Source of the DNA: Clostridiales bacterium UBA5448
Lineage (GTDB): Bacteria; Bacillota; Clostridia; Oscillospirales; SIG627
Reading direction: 5' to 3'
DNA length: 64,000 bases
Assembly: GCA_002427425.1 (NCBI GenBank)
Contig: DIRA01000037.1
Coordinates: forward strand, 36,509 to 100,508
Shown: piece by piece, positions 7,735-16,100 of the stretch
Numbering within the stretch: the first letter of the stretch is position 1
How the letters are laid out: each line of letters opens with the position of its first letter
The notes under the pieces: generated by a model
The model's database searches: none
What the model was told of the DNA's origin: nothing
Seen by the model: only the letters and a program-made list of their open reading frames with translations
Made by a program: the position numbers and the translations under genes

Positions 7735-10041
7735 TTATTTTTTCATGGATGCTGCATGAGCAGCGGCAGCCTCCGGGAACAAAATGGCATAATAATCGTT
7801 ATTCAAAATCGCTGTAGAAGCCGTACATTTGTTCTTAACAACCTCAATAACCGCTTCCACATATCCCTGAGGAATGAGATATTCATCCACAAGATAAGTG
7901 ATCTGACGAGTAGAAGCGTTGTATTTCACATAGTCGGTAATAAAGGACTGATCGCTGAGAATGGCAATCCCGGCGGCAGAGGAGAACACATCGTTGCCGG
8001 AAAGAAGCCTGGAATCGTATTCAAATCCGAACAGATTCAAAATTGTGGGAAGGACATCAATGGCACAGCAGGTCTTGGTAACGGTTCTTTCTTCCTCGGT
8101 CATGGTATGAATCATTTGGGAGTTATAGAGAATCAATGTGCTGTTGTATTTATCAAAGCCGGTATCAATGGTTTCGCCCACCAGGTTGTTATATTGTTTA
8201 GATGACAATCCATAGGGGTAATGATCGGCACCCAGCACGAATACTGTTTTATCTAAAACACCGGCTTCTTCCAACCGTTTACACAGTTCTTCTAACATTT
8301 TGTCCAGCTCAATATGGCAAGCCAGATATGCCTGACATACTTCGTCGTACTTCTCGCCATTTTTATTGTACTGGTGTTTTTGTGTCGCACTCTTATTTTT
8401 CACGGCCATATAGTTTAAAGGAACCAGATTCCCGTCGGAGTCTTCCTTCAGCTCAAAGGTATACCGATAGTGGCCGCTGACAGTCATATAATACGCATGG
8501 AATTGCTCCATGTTGATAAAATCACCGTAGGACTGCTTGGCCATTTCATAGTCGGATTCCGGCCAACCGGTCACAGATAAGCCCTGGTTTCTGGCCTTAA
8601 AGATATACCCCATGTTGGGATGGGTAATGTTTCTGGAATAGTACGTTTTGGTGTGGTTGTGATAAGCATAAGCCTGAACGCCAATGGAATCAAACGCATT
8701 GCCCAGACAGTAGGGCATATAGTTTTCCTTGGAAGCCACAAAACTGCCATTGGATTTTTCTCTCGCCAAGTCAGGAATCAAACCGGTACAAAACGCATAT
8801 TCCCCATTGGTGGTATTAGAAGGGAACATGGTGTAATAGTTGTTAAAAATGAACCCTTCCGTGGCCATTTTATACAAGGTAGGAGTCAATTCGGGTTCAA
8901 TAATAGCACCGGATGAAAAGCTTTCCGCGCAAATATAGATCAGATTATACCCTTTGAACATACCGGTATACTCATTCTTAGTAGTACCGGAAATGGTTTT
9001 ATAATACTCATGAAGCTTTTTGATGACATGATTGGTTTCCCCGGCGATCATGGCATCAAAGTCGATCTCCAGCACGTTATAGGTAACTTCGGGATTGGGC
9101 GTACCGGGATTATCTCCGTTGGAATTGTCAGGATCCTTGTTTCCGTCAGGACCCGGCTTCACATCGATCGAAGGTACATCCACAGGATCCAGCGTCACTT
9201 CCTTGTCTCCCGTCTCGTATTTGGGGCGCAATCCCATATCCTGCAACGTAGCGGTTACCATCCCCAGTTTGGATATCTGCGTGCTGAGCGCACCGGAATT
9301 GAAATAGAGATCATACGGTGTATGATAACCGGTACCGGGGATAAACAAGGAAAGGACGGTTATGCCGTAACTGAGAATCATGACGATGCTCAATACCAAC
9401 TGCGCCTTGGGAGGTCTGCGTTGAAAAAAATAAAAATTCTTTTTAATATAAATGCTGATATTACCAATGAATTTTTCAACGTGATTTCCCGTGGTCAACC
9501 GCTCCACTCTGGAAGGTTTACCAGCGATCCAATATTGAACAACGATGAAAAGATATACCAGAAGCGGGACACATAAAATCACAATGTTTCCCAAATTGAT
9601 GTAGATTAAATGAATGATTTCATCTGCAAACGTGTTCATGGCATCCTCTGCCACGCCTTTGAGAGAAAATGTAAAGAAATCGTTGAAAATATCGTAGTAA
9701 ATCATTTGGAAATTATAGTAGAAGCTGAACATTAAGAGAAAAAGCCCCATTATAATTCCATTTGCAATCTTGTGAAACGGCGTCGAAAACAAACTCAGTA
9801 AACAACCAACGGGAATTGCAAACAATACAGGATATAAAAAGTAAATGTCAATACTGCCAAATGTCATCGCTTGTATAATAATTTCGTAATAAACGATAGA
9901 AACAATAAAAAACATTGCCGGCTTGTTCTTTTTGATCCAATTCCAAATGCCCTTAAACAGCTTCTGGCATACCGTCAGACAATCCTGACCAACTGCCTTG
10001 AGCCCTTCCAACCATTTCATGGAATCTTTACCTCTTTTCAT
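7735..10041 (-). CDS. LTA synthase / sulfatase-family phosphoglycerol-type transferase, polytopic membrane protein
   Basis: The N-terminal ~280 aa contain multiple TM helices, followed by a Pro/Asp/Asn-rich linker. The C-terminal alkaline-phosphatase-superfamily domain has LIYICAESFSS and GADHYPYG motifs as in LtaS-like enzymes. Confidence 0.75.
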   Translation of the reverse strand: MKRGKDSMKWLEGLKAVGQDCLTVCQKLFKGIWNWIKKNKPAMFFIVSIVYYEIIIQAMTFGSIDIYFLYPVLFAIPVGCLLSLFSTPFHKIANGIIMGLFLLMFSFYYNFQMIYYDIFNDFFTFSLKGVAEDAMNTFADEIIHLIYINLGNIVILCVPLLVYLFIVVQYWIAGKPSRVERLTTGNHVEKFIGNISIYIKKNFYFFQRRPPKAQLVLSIVMILSYGITVLSLFIPGTGYHTPYDLYFNSGALSTQISKLGMVTATLQDMGLRPKYETGDKEVTLDPVDVPSIDVKPGPDGNKDPDNSNGDNPGTPNPEVTYNVLEIDFDAMIAGETNHVIKKLHEYYKTISGTTKNEYTGMFKGYNLIYICAESFSSGAIIEPELTPTLYKMATEGFIFNNYYTMFPSNTTNGEYAFCTGLIPDLAREKSNGSFVASKENYMPYCLGNAFDSIGVQAYAYHNHTKTYYSRNITHPNMGYIFKARNQGLSVTGWPESDYEMAKQSYGDFINMEQFHAYYMTVSGHYRYTFELKEDSDGNLVPLNYMAVKNKSATQKHQYNKNGEKYDEVCQAYLACHIELDKMLEELCKRLEEAGVLDKTVFVLGADHYPYGLSSKQYNNLVGETIDTGFDKYNSTLILYNSQMIHTMTEEERTVTKTCCAIDVLPTILNLFGFEYDSRLLSGNDVFSSAAGIAILSDQSFITDYVKYNASTRQITYLVDEYLIPQGYVEAVIEVVKNKCTASTAILNNDYYAILFPEAAAAHAASMKK

Positions 10042-10140
10042 ATTTACCTTTTACTTATGCAAAAATAATATGTCAAATGTTATTTGTTTTCTCTCCAATA
10101 AAAAACAAACAACACATTTATGCGTACAATCATATTGAGC

Positions 10141-10169
10141 ATTATATACTACCTGATTTTTTTTGTCAA
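10141..10169 (-). promoter_or_regulatory. Sigma-A type promoter for the LtaS-family gene
   Basis: Minus strand TTGACA-17 nt-TATAAT, about 100 nt upstream of the start codon. Confidence 0.6.
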
Positions 10170-10322
10170 TATAAGAATATGCAGCTTTTTATTTGCCATG
10201 GTTCTATTTTTTCTACGCTTTATACAAACATGCTCGCATCATACGTGAACTCTCTCATCCTTAATCACCTTCATGATTATATCGATTTCACGGTTTTTAG
10301 AATAGAACCCTATGGAGGTCAT

Positions 10323-10348
10323 CCCAAAAATCATACCTACCGGTATGA
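10323..10348 (-). terminator. Intrinsic terminator after the lipoprotein gene
   Basis: Minus strand hairpin ucauacc-ggua-gguauga followed by UUUUU. It lies about 100 nt downstream of the stop at 10451. Confidence 0.5.
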
Positions 10349-10450
10349 CCGGTAATGAGCAGAAATCCCTGCATCCGCCTTCCCCTTGCAAACATAAAAA
10401 GCAACAAAACCGAGAAGTCAAATTCCCGGCTTTGCTTGATTGTTCCGTTT

Positions 10451-11872
10451 TCAATCGTAAAACGTATAATCCCTGATAAACCTTGTAAAGGAATTATTCG
10501 CATTGTTATACAGCTTGCGGTATTCCATGCCGTGAACAACGGTGTTCACCAGCACATCCCGGGATGCGCTGTACAGGGTGGTATAAATTTCACCGTAATC
10601 GATCCCCAGATCAGTATAAACCGAATCGCTGATCAATCGGTACATTTTGGCGGCAGTATTGCTGGGCAGGAAAGAATACACCGCCGAAGAGAGCCTGCCT
10701 TGTTTCAGCTCGTAGGAAGCGGCGGCCAGAGTGTTGATGATTTTTCCCGAAAAGGCATAATCCGTGCCTTTCATCACCCCCATACACATCCGATCCACAC
10801 CCATCCGGGCAGCATATCCGCTACCTGCCTCTCCATCGTGGGGCAGAGGCAGAATCCCCCAGGGAACGGTGGTGTTTTTCAAGCTTTCCCCATCGGCAAG
10901 ATCCCCCAGATAAAAGGCACAATTACCCCGAGAAAACACTTTTAAAGCGGAAAAAGCATCCGCAAAATAAGAAACTTTCGCATCCTGTTTGAGCTTTGAA
11001 AACTGCTGAGAAAAGGCGGTTACTATTTCTTCCATATCTTTCAGGGAGGGGGTTTTGGGAGGATTGTTCACCATGAAGGCATCTCCGCCCCCGAGAAATA
11101 GATCCAATGCCAATTCTTCTTCGTTCCCGTTCACAGCCAGTCCGGCAGTAAAGGCAGTGCTTTTTACCGCGGTGTAAAAAGCATCATAATCCCAGGTGCC
11201 GTTGAGGACGGCATCATATAAAACGTTGGCATCTTTCACCCCGTTTTCATTCACATACAAGCAACGAATAAAGGGGGAACTGTCGGCAATGTCGGAAAAA
11301 TACCCGTACCCCACCGTACCTACAGTGTAGGCGGCCATTTCCTTTTGATGGGTGTATTTGGCATCCATATCCAGAAAAGGCACTGAATGGATATTTACCA
11401 GCAACCCGTTCACGGCAAACAGGGACATGACACGAACAGGCACCAGCAAACCATCACATTTCAAGGTGCCACTTTGGTAAGCGGTACGAAGATCCGTATA
11501 AAATGATTCGGCGGTCAGATTCTGATACGAAACGAGGGAAACACCGCATTTTGCTTCAACGGCGGCGTTTCTCGTCACCAGTGCCGCCTGATAACCATCG
11601 GTACTGCCATCCCCGAAAAAATCACACCCATCGTAGACCGCCACCGTAAAGGCGCGGCCACCGAACTGATAGGTCTGCAAAGAATCCAAAGGGGAAGATT
11701 GCATCTGGGTTCCCTCTTCTTCGTCCCATTCTTCCCCGGCAGCCCCTTCTTTGGTGAGCAAATCGGGCAGCTCGGTCTGGGAAGGATACCCGGTGCCGGG
11801 TTTGACTGTCAAGGAACAGGAAAACAGGGAGAGACAGAGAAACAACACGAGGCATTGGAAGCCGAGTTTCAT
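10451..11872 (-). CDS. Lipoprotein of unknown function (weakly solute-binding-protein-like)
   Basis: Lipobox (LSLFSCSL). A 473-aa soluble domain. Its start overlaps the stop of the upstream SpoIID-like gene (ATGA), indicating translational coupling. I recognised no family motif with confidence. Confidence 0.55.
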   Translation of the reverse strand: MKLGFQCLVLFLCLSLFSCSLTVKPGTGYPSQTELPDLLTKEGAAGEEWDEEEGTQMQSSPLDSLQTYQFGGRAFTVAVYDGCDFFGDGSTDGYQAALVTRNAAVEAKCGVSLVSYQNLTAESFYTDLRTAYQSGTLKCDGLLVPVRVMSLFAVNGLLVNIHSVPFLDMDAKYTHQKEMAAYTVGTVGYGYFSDIADSSPFIRCLYVNENGVKDANVLYDAVLNGTWDYDAFYTAVKSTAFTAGLAVNGNEEELALDLFLGGGDAFMVNNPPKTPSLKDMEEIVTAFSQQFSKLKQDAKVSYFADAFSALKVFSRGNCAFYLGDLADGESLKNTTVPWGILPLPHDGEAGSGYAARMGVDRMCMGVMKGTDYAFSGKIINTLAAASYELKQGRLSSAVYSFLPSNTAAKMYRLISDSVYTDLGIDYGEIYTTLYSASRDVLVNTVVHGMEYRKLYNNANNSFTRFIRDYTFYD

Positions 11873-13677
11873 GAAAAGAATTCCTCCATATCCGCAATTT
11901 TTGAGCCGGGATAAAAGAAGGTGGCAATTTCTTCATACTGCCAGCCCAAATTAGCAAGATCCCGGGCGCAGTATTGGCTCATGCCGATTCCATGACCATA
12001 GCCTTGACCGAAAATACCGTACGTGGAATTATCCACCTGATAGCCGGATACTTGATTTTCGGAAAAGGTTCCTTCCGGTACGTGAGAAAGCATGGCAATG
12101 CTGTTTACGTTGAGATAGGAATAATACAACTTGCCGTTGACGGACCAAACCTGATTGCCGCCCGGCATTCGCAAGGTAGTGGGGTTTGCTAATTTAAAGT
12201 TTGCACTTTTCACGGAAAAAACACTGCGGATATTGCTGCACTGGGAATATGTATAGGTTTTCCCCGCCGAATTGGTCAGGCGAACCTTGTATACATACCC
12301 GCTTTCGGTGTAAGACAGCACCTCCACCTTGGTGATTTTTTTCGTTCCCAAGGTACTTGTGACCCTGGAACTGTCCAGTAGTAAATCGGACATTTGGGTG
12401 GCGGTATAGGTAGAACTCCAGGTGGCACCCGAAATCTGGTCATAGGTTTCCTGGGGCATGTACACCGGGGAAAGATAGGAATATTTCACGGGATCGGAAC
12501 CCCATACGTTTTTGGCAGACTCGCTGACCCCGCCGTGGGAGGAAGAATAATAGGCAACCACCAGCTTGTTTTTACAGGATAATACCATCCCCCGGGTGAC
12601 TTCCACCGCACGATCAGTTGCCACGGTGGCTTTCAGCCGCCCCTTGTAAACCTGACAGTGGGTGGTGGGGCAAATGTGGAATCCCTGGGCGGCATGATTG
12701 GAGGAAATAATTTTATCCAACGAATATGACCGCACCGCAATGGAAAAGCCTTTCAAGCATTCTTCCGGCCAGGTGTTGAACACTTCGGAAGGGACCACGC
12801 ACTTGATGTATTCTTCAAAATCCACCACATTGGTCAAAGACATGCCCGTATCGGTAGCGGCATATTCAAAGACACCGGGATACGCGTTGCCCAAAAGCAC
12901 CTGAGTGTAATACACCTGTACAGTGGAATAATCGGGCTGTACGGGATAAGCATTTAAGAGGTTTTGTCCGGTCACCACTTTGGTAATGACCCGTCCCTGG
13001 GACACCACCGCCAAGGTGGTTTCATCTCCGACAAACACCTCGTAGGTAAAAGGAGTGTCCTTTTGCAGGGTTTCAATGGCGGCGGTGGCATCGGCGGCGG
13101 TGGCATACTGCCCCACCCCCACATATAAAGCCTGATCTTCAGCGATGGTGTACACATCCACCGTGCCTCCGAAGGCATCGGAAACATCCCGGATAGCACG
13201 CTCAATGACAAAGGGAGAAAAACTCCGCTTTGTAATCAAAGAATAAGGCAAAAAGGTCGGCTTGGAGGAAGAAACATAATTTCCCGAAGCATCCAAAGCG
13301 GCGGCCTTGTTTCTTACCACCGAGGCAGATTTTTCCACCACGCCCAAAGGATATTTCACCCCGTCGATCTCGGTGAAAAAGGTCAAGCCTTTGGCAGCGG
13401 AAATGGTCTGGGAAAACGCCAGGGTATTGATAGAGGAATACTTATATAACAGCCCTACACGAATGGTAATGTTATCAGTGTTTGGCAAAATATTCTCTCC
13501 CGTCCATTCCTTTTCAGGGGTATCGTATCGAGTGGCTTCGTCTACGAGGAAAGTGTGCAGCCAGTCACCATCTTGGGCAAATACACGGGCACCGCAAGCC
13601 GAAAACAATGCCGCGCCAGCCAATATCAGACACAAACCGGCGGCAATGATTCGCATGATAAGTCCTTTAGGGTTCAT
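11869..13677 (-). CDS. SpoIID/LytB domain protein with a long N-terminal extension
   Basis: AAGGAGGGA RBS. Signal/anchor sequence (IIAAGLCLILAGAALFSAC). The C-terminal half carries SpoIID-type motifs (VVPSEV, AVRSYS, CPTTHCQVYKG, YYSSSHGGVSE). At 602 aa it is much longer than the ~340 aa of canonical SpoIID. Confidence 0.8.
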   Translation of the reverse strand: MNPKGLIMRIIAAGLCLILAGAALFSACGARVFAQDGDWLHTFLVDEATRYDTPEKEWTGENILPNTDNITIRVGLLYKYSSINTLAFSQTISAAKGLTFFTEIDGVKYPLGVVEKSASVVRNKAAALDASGNYVSSSKPTFLPYSLITKRSFSPFVIERAIRDVSDAFGGTVDVYTIAEDQALYVGVGQYATAADATAAIETLQKDTPFTYEVFVGDETTLAVVSQGRVITKVVTGQNLLNAYPVQPDYSTVQVYYTQVLLGNAYPGVFEYAATDTGMSLTNVVDFEEYIKCVVPSEVFNTWPEECLKGFSIAVRSYSLDKIISSNHAAQGFHICPTTHCQVYKGRLKATVATDRAVEVTRGMVLSCKNKLVVAYYSSSHGGVSESAKNVWGSDPVKYSYLSPVYMPQETYDQISGATWSSTYTATQMSDLLLDSSRVTSTLGTKKITKVEVLSYTESGYVYKVRLTNSAGKTYTYSQCSNIRSVFSVKSANFKLANPTTLRMPGGNQVWSVNGKLYYSYLNVNSIAMLSHVPEGTFSENQVSGYQVDNSTYGIFGQGYGHGIGMSQYCARDLANLGWQYEEIATFFYPGSKIADMEEFFS

Positions 13678-13738
13678 ATAACTTCCCTCCTTTTGATATG
13701 CTTCTGTAGGTTATACCGGCAAGGCTATTTTGTGATTC

Positions 13739-13768
13739 ATTATAGCATACGCAATTTAGTCAAGTCAA
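13739..13768 (-). promoter_or_regulatory. Candidate sigma-A type promoter for the SpoIID-like operon
   Basis: Minus strand TTGACT-18 nt-TATAAT. Confidence 0.5.
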
Positions 13769-13939
13769 GCACAAGATATAGGCAAAAATCTGAAACAGGA
13801 AGGAACCGGGCATATGACAACAAAAAATTCCGACACTGCATTAAGGTATGGGTTTCATGCCCTTTTGTGCCTTGTAGCGTAGCAGAAAGGAACGGTCATC
13901 ATGATGTAAAATCCACCCTGAGCCTTCTTTTAAGGGGCA

Positions 13940-13973
13940 ATACATAAACAACAGCCGCCTAAAAAGGCGGCTG
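13940..13973 (-). terminator. Intrinsic terminator after the S26-type peptidase gene
   Basis: Hairpin cagccgcc-uuuuua-ggcggcug followed by a U-rich tract on the minus strand. Confidence 0.6.
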
Positions 13974-13980
13974 CACATCC

Positions 13981-14430
13981 TTATTTCCGAAACATGCGTT
14001 TGATCCTGGCAGGCAAGGCGCGAACAGGACGGGAAAAAACCCACAGCCGGGCATAAACCCGGTAAACAAGGGAGGTGTTCACATCTACATACTTGCCGTT
14101 TTGCTGATAGTAACCTTTGACCACACCGATAATCATGCTGTCGGTAACGGGATATTCCTTGGTAATCTGTCCGTCGCCGCAGCAAAGATACCCCCTATCC
14201 TTCACCCCAATGATACGATGAAGCACATACTGCCCGTTATGGCGGCGGAAAAAGGGGATGTCATATTTTTTGAGTTTTCCCTTTGGTTTGGTCAGGATCA
14301 CCCGGTTTTTCCCCGATTGGAGCAGGGGGCGCATGGAATTGCCCGTAGGGATAAATTCCACATCTTTTCCCTCCTCAAACAAGGAGAGAATCAGGGGCGT
14401 TAGTTCCTCATAGGAAAGAGAGGGGATCAT
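13981..14430 (-). CDS. S24/S26-family serine peptidase, soluble, with ER/SipW-like Ser-His arrangement
   Basis: A GNSMRP nucleophile box. LHRIIG occupies the position of the K-R-(V/I)-I-G box, with His where bacterial SPase I has Lys. A CCGDG box. No N-terminal TM anchor. Its start overlaps the PqqD-like stop (ATGA). Confidence 0.65.
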   Translation of the reverse strand: MIPSLSYEELTPLILSLFEEGKDVEFIPTGNSMRPLLQSGKNRVILTKPKGKLKKYDIPFFRRHNGQYVLHRIIGVKDRGYLCCGDGQITKEYPVTDSMIIGVVKGYYQQNGKYVDVNTSLVYRVYARLWVFSRPVRALPARIKRMFRK

Positions 14431-14693
14431 TCTTCCAGGAAATCCTGCTCACGGAGTTTTTTTAGAAAATCGTCCACATCCTGGAAAGCACGATTTCGCT
14501 CTACGTCATATTCCTGCAAAAGACTATCCACCAGCGCATCCCGGTCAGTGGGCGTTTCCAGTTTCTTCCAGAGAAAAGCCGCTACGCCGTTGAGAGACAT
14601 CATACCGCGAAAAGTAACCGCTGCTTCGCCGGTGGGTATCACCACTTGATTACCCGCTACTTCCCGAAGCAAAAATCCGTCCTTGATTTTCAT
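14427..14693 (-). CDS. PqqD-family protein (RiPP recognition element-like)
   Basis: The 88-aa protein has the typical PqqD pattern: an N-terminal beta-strand region (FLLREVAGNQVVIP) and LNGVAAFLWKKLETP...LVDSLLQEYDV....DVDDFLKKL. Confidence 0.7.
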   Translation of the reverse strand: MKIKDGFLLREVAGNQVVIPTGEAAVTFRGMMSLNGVAAFLWKKLETPTDRDALVDSLLQEYDVERNRAFQDVDDFLKKLREQDFLEE

Positions 14694-14722
14694 ACATCCA
14701 TCTCCTCTGCTATTCTTGGATT

Positions 14723-14752
14723 AGTATAACAGAAAGAAAGCCTGCCTGTCAA
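14723..14752 (-). promoter_or_regulatory. Promoter for the PqqD-like/S26 pair
   Basis: Minus strand TTGACA-18 nt-TATACT in the 67-nt gap after the endolysin gene. A GGAG RBS follows. Confidence 0.55.
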
Positions 14753-14760
14753 GGAAAAAC

Positions 14761-15561
14761 TTATTTTGCAATCACAGGCGGTTTGATGAGTTTACCTTTT
14801 TTGAGCAAGTTCAGCATCCTGGTGTTCCCCGGGGCAGTCCCTATCCCCTCAATGTTGTTTGCCTTGCCGATGATTTTCCGATTAGACAGGGAATTGTCCT
14901 CTGCTATGAGCTTTAGCGCCTGAGAAATGGAATTGCCCGTGTACCCCACAGGAACGGCATAGTATTGAACCTTCTCCGGCACCCGATGGAACAAGTTGTC
15001 GATGGCATCCGCTTCGGAGATGGCCAATTGATTCAAATTTTTATCCTCCATCAGCCAGCGTGTGGCAGCGGTATTTGTGTGGAAGGAATGTTCGATGAGG
15101 TAGGCATTGGGACAGCCCACGGCACGAGCCCCCCGTAACACCCCCAGATAATCCAGCCCCTTGTCCCCCACTTTCGTGGCCTTTTTCCCTTCCTGCCGTG
15201 TACCCATGGTTTTAGCTATGGCTTGCGACAAATTCAGAGCCCACTTACCCCCTTCGGGGGTGTTGGTGAGGGAATAATATACCTTTGGATAATCTACGGT
15301 ATCGTTTGTTTTTCCCCCGCCCACCGCGTTGGAATGGAAAGATAAAAAGGCATCATACCCTTTGGCTTTTTTCCCCCGCTTGGTTACTTCCAGATCGGTA
15401 TTGATATCCGTGCGGGTATACCCCACGGAATACCCCCGTTTTTTCAATTCCTCCCCCACTTTTTTGTGAAGGAGCCACATTTGTTTGGATTCATAGTACC
15501 GCTTATCAGCCGGAGAACGGTTGTATGCACCGTAATGACCGGCGTCTAGCATAATTTTCAT
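14761..15561 (-). CDS. N-acetylmuramoyl-L-alanine amidase (Amidase_3), phage-type endolysin
   Basis: MLDAGHYG, FLSFHSNA and YLIEHSFHTN motifs of MurNAc-LAA amidases. The ~70-aa C-terminal tail is of unknown binding type. There is a 4-nt overlap with the holin gene. Confidence 0.85.
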   Translation of the reverse strand: MKIMLDAGHYGAYNRSPADKRYYESKQMWLLHKKVGEELKKRGYSVGYTRTDINTDLEVTKRGKKAKGYDAFLSFHSNAVGGGKTNDTVDYPKVYYSLTNTPEGGKWALNLSQAIAKTMGTRQEGKKATKVGDKGLDYLGVLRGARAVGCPNAYLIEHSFHTNTAATRWLMEDKNLNQLAISEADAIDNLFHRVPEKVQYYAVPVGYTGNSISQALKLIAEDNSLSNRKIIGKANNIEGIGTAPGNTRMLNLLKKGKLIKPPVIAK

Positions 15562-15815
15562 ACGTTCTCCCCCTTGTCGACTTCCTGCTCATCAAGATAG
15601 TCGTCGTCGTTTCCGGGCTTTGTGAAATTCATATTCATGACGGCGGCGATGCCTGCCGCCACCGCCGATGTGGCAAGACCGATGATGGAAGTTCGGACCA
15701 CGGAAAAGTTAGAAAAATCCCCCATGTTAGTGACGTACAACATCATATTGGCGGCGATAAAGCCCAAAGCCGCCTGCAAAAACGTACGCAAAGCACGTCT
15801 GACCCATTCTTGCAT
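15558..15815 (-). CDS. Putative phage holin (two TM helices, acidic C-terminus)
   Basis: 85 aa. TM1 is FLQAALGFIAANMMLYV and TM2 is IIGLATSAVAAGIAAVM. The charged tail is NDDDYLDEQEVDKGENV. It sits immediately upstream of the endolysin. AAAGGAG RBS. Confidence 0.65.
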   Translation of the reverse strand: MQEWVRRALRTFLQAALGFIAANMMLYVTNMGDFSNFSVVRTSIIGLATSAVAAGIAAVMNMNFTKPGNDDDYLDEQEVDKGENV

Positions 15816-15818
15816 GCA

Positions 15819-16100
15819 TTATTCTCCTTTCAACGTATCAACGCGTTTGTGTGCTTGTTTGAGAGATTCCTCACAACGGGTGAGCCGTTCGGTAATCCCG
15901 GAAAGCCGCTGGGCGAATTCCCGGTTTTCCCGTTTGAGATCGTCCACACCCGCTTTGATATATCCCACATCTGAGACCAGGACCCCTTTGTTTACCCCTT
16001 CCCCCGCAATGTCTTTACGGCTGGTCTGTCGAAAGACCAGCGCCGAGATCAGCATTCCGGCAACCCCCGTTAAAATGGGAATCACAGTCACCCAGCTCAT
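15819..16100 (-). CDS. Small membrane-anchored coiled-coil protein of the lysis cassette (XhlA-like role possible)
   Basis: The ATG at 16100 overlaps the upstream stop (ATGA). An N-terminal TM (VTVIPILTGVAGMLISALVF) is followed by a heptad-like region (DDLKRENREFAQRLSGITERLTRCEESLKQAHKRVDTLK). Its orientation is opposite to B. subtilis XhlA, so the family assignment is uncertain. Confidence 0.45.
   Translation of the reverse strand: MSWVTVIPILTGVAGMLISALVFRQTSRKDIAGEGVNKGVLVSDVGYIKAGVDDLKRENREFAQRLSGITERLTRCEESLKQAHKRVDTLKGE

Noticed and set aside
10290-10450. Structured region with two hairpins upstream of the LtaS-family gene, considered as a possible riboswitch expression platform.
   Set aside because: The consensus promoter for the LtaS-family gene lies downstream of these hairpins (10141-10169). 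They are therefore best explained as terminators of the preceding lipoprotein gene. No known riboswitch core was recognised.
13860-13910. A 15-codon ORF (MMTVPFCYATRHKRA) on the minus strand downstream of the S26-type peptidase, considered as a RiPP precursor.
   Set aside because: It has no convincing RBS, it lies beyond the operon terminator, and it is too short and unremarkable to support.
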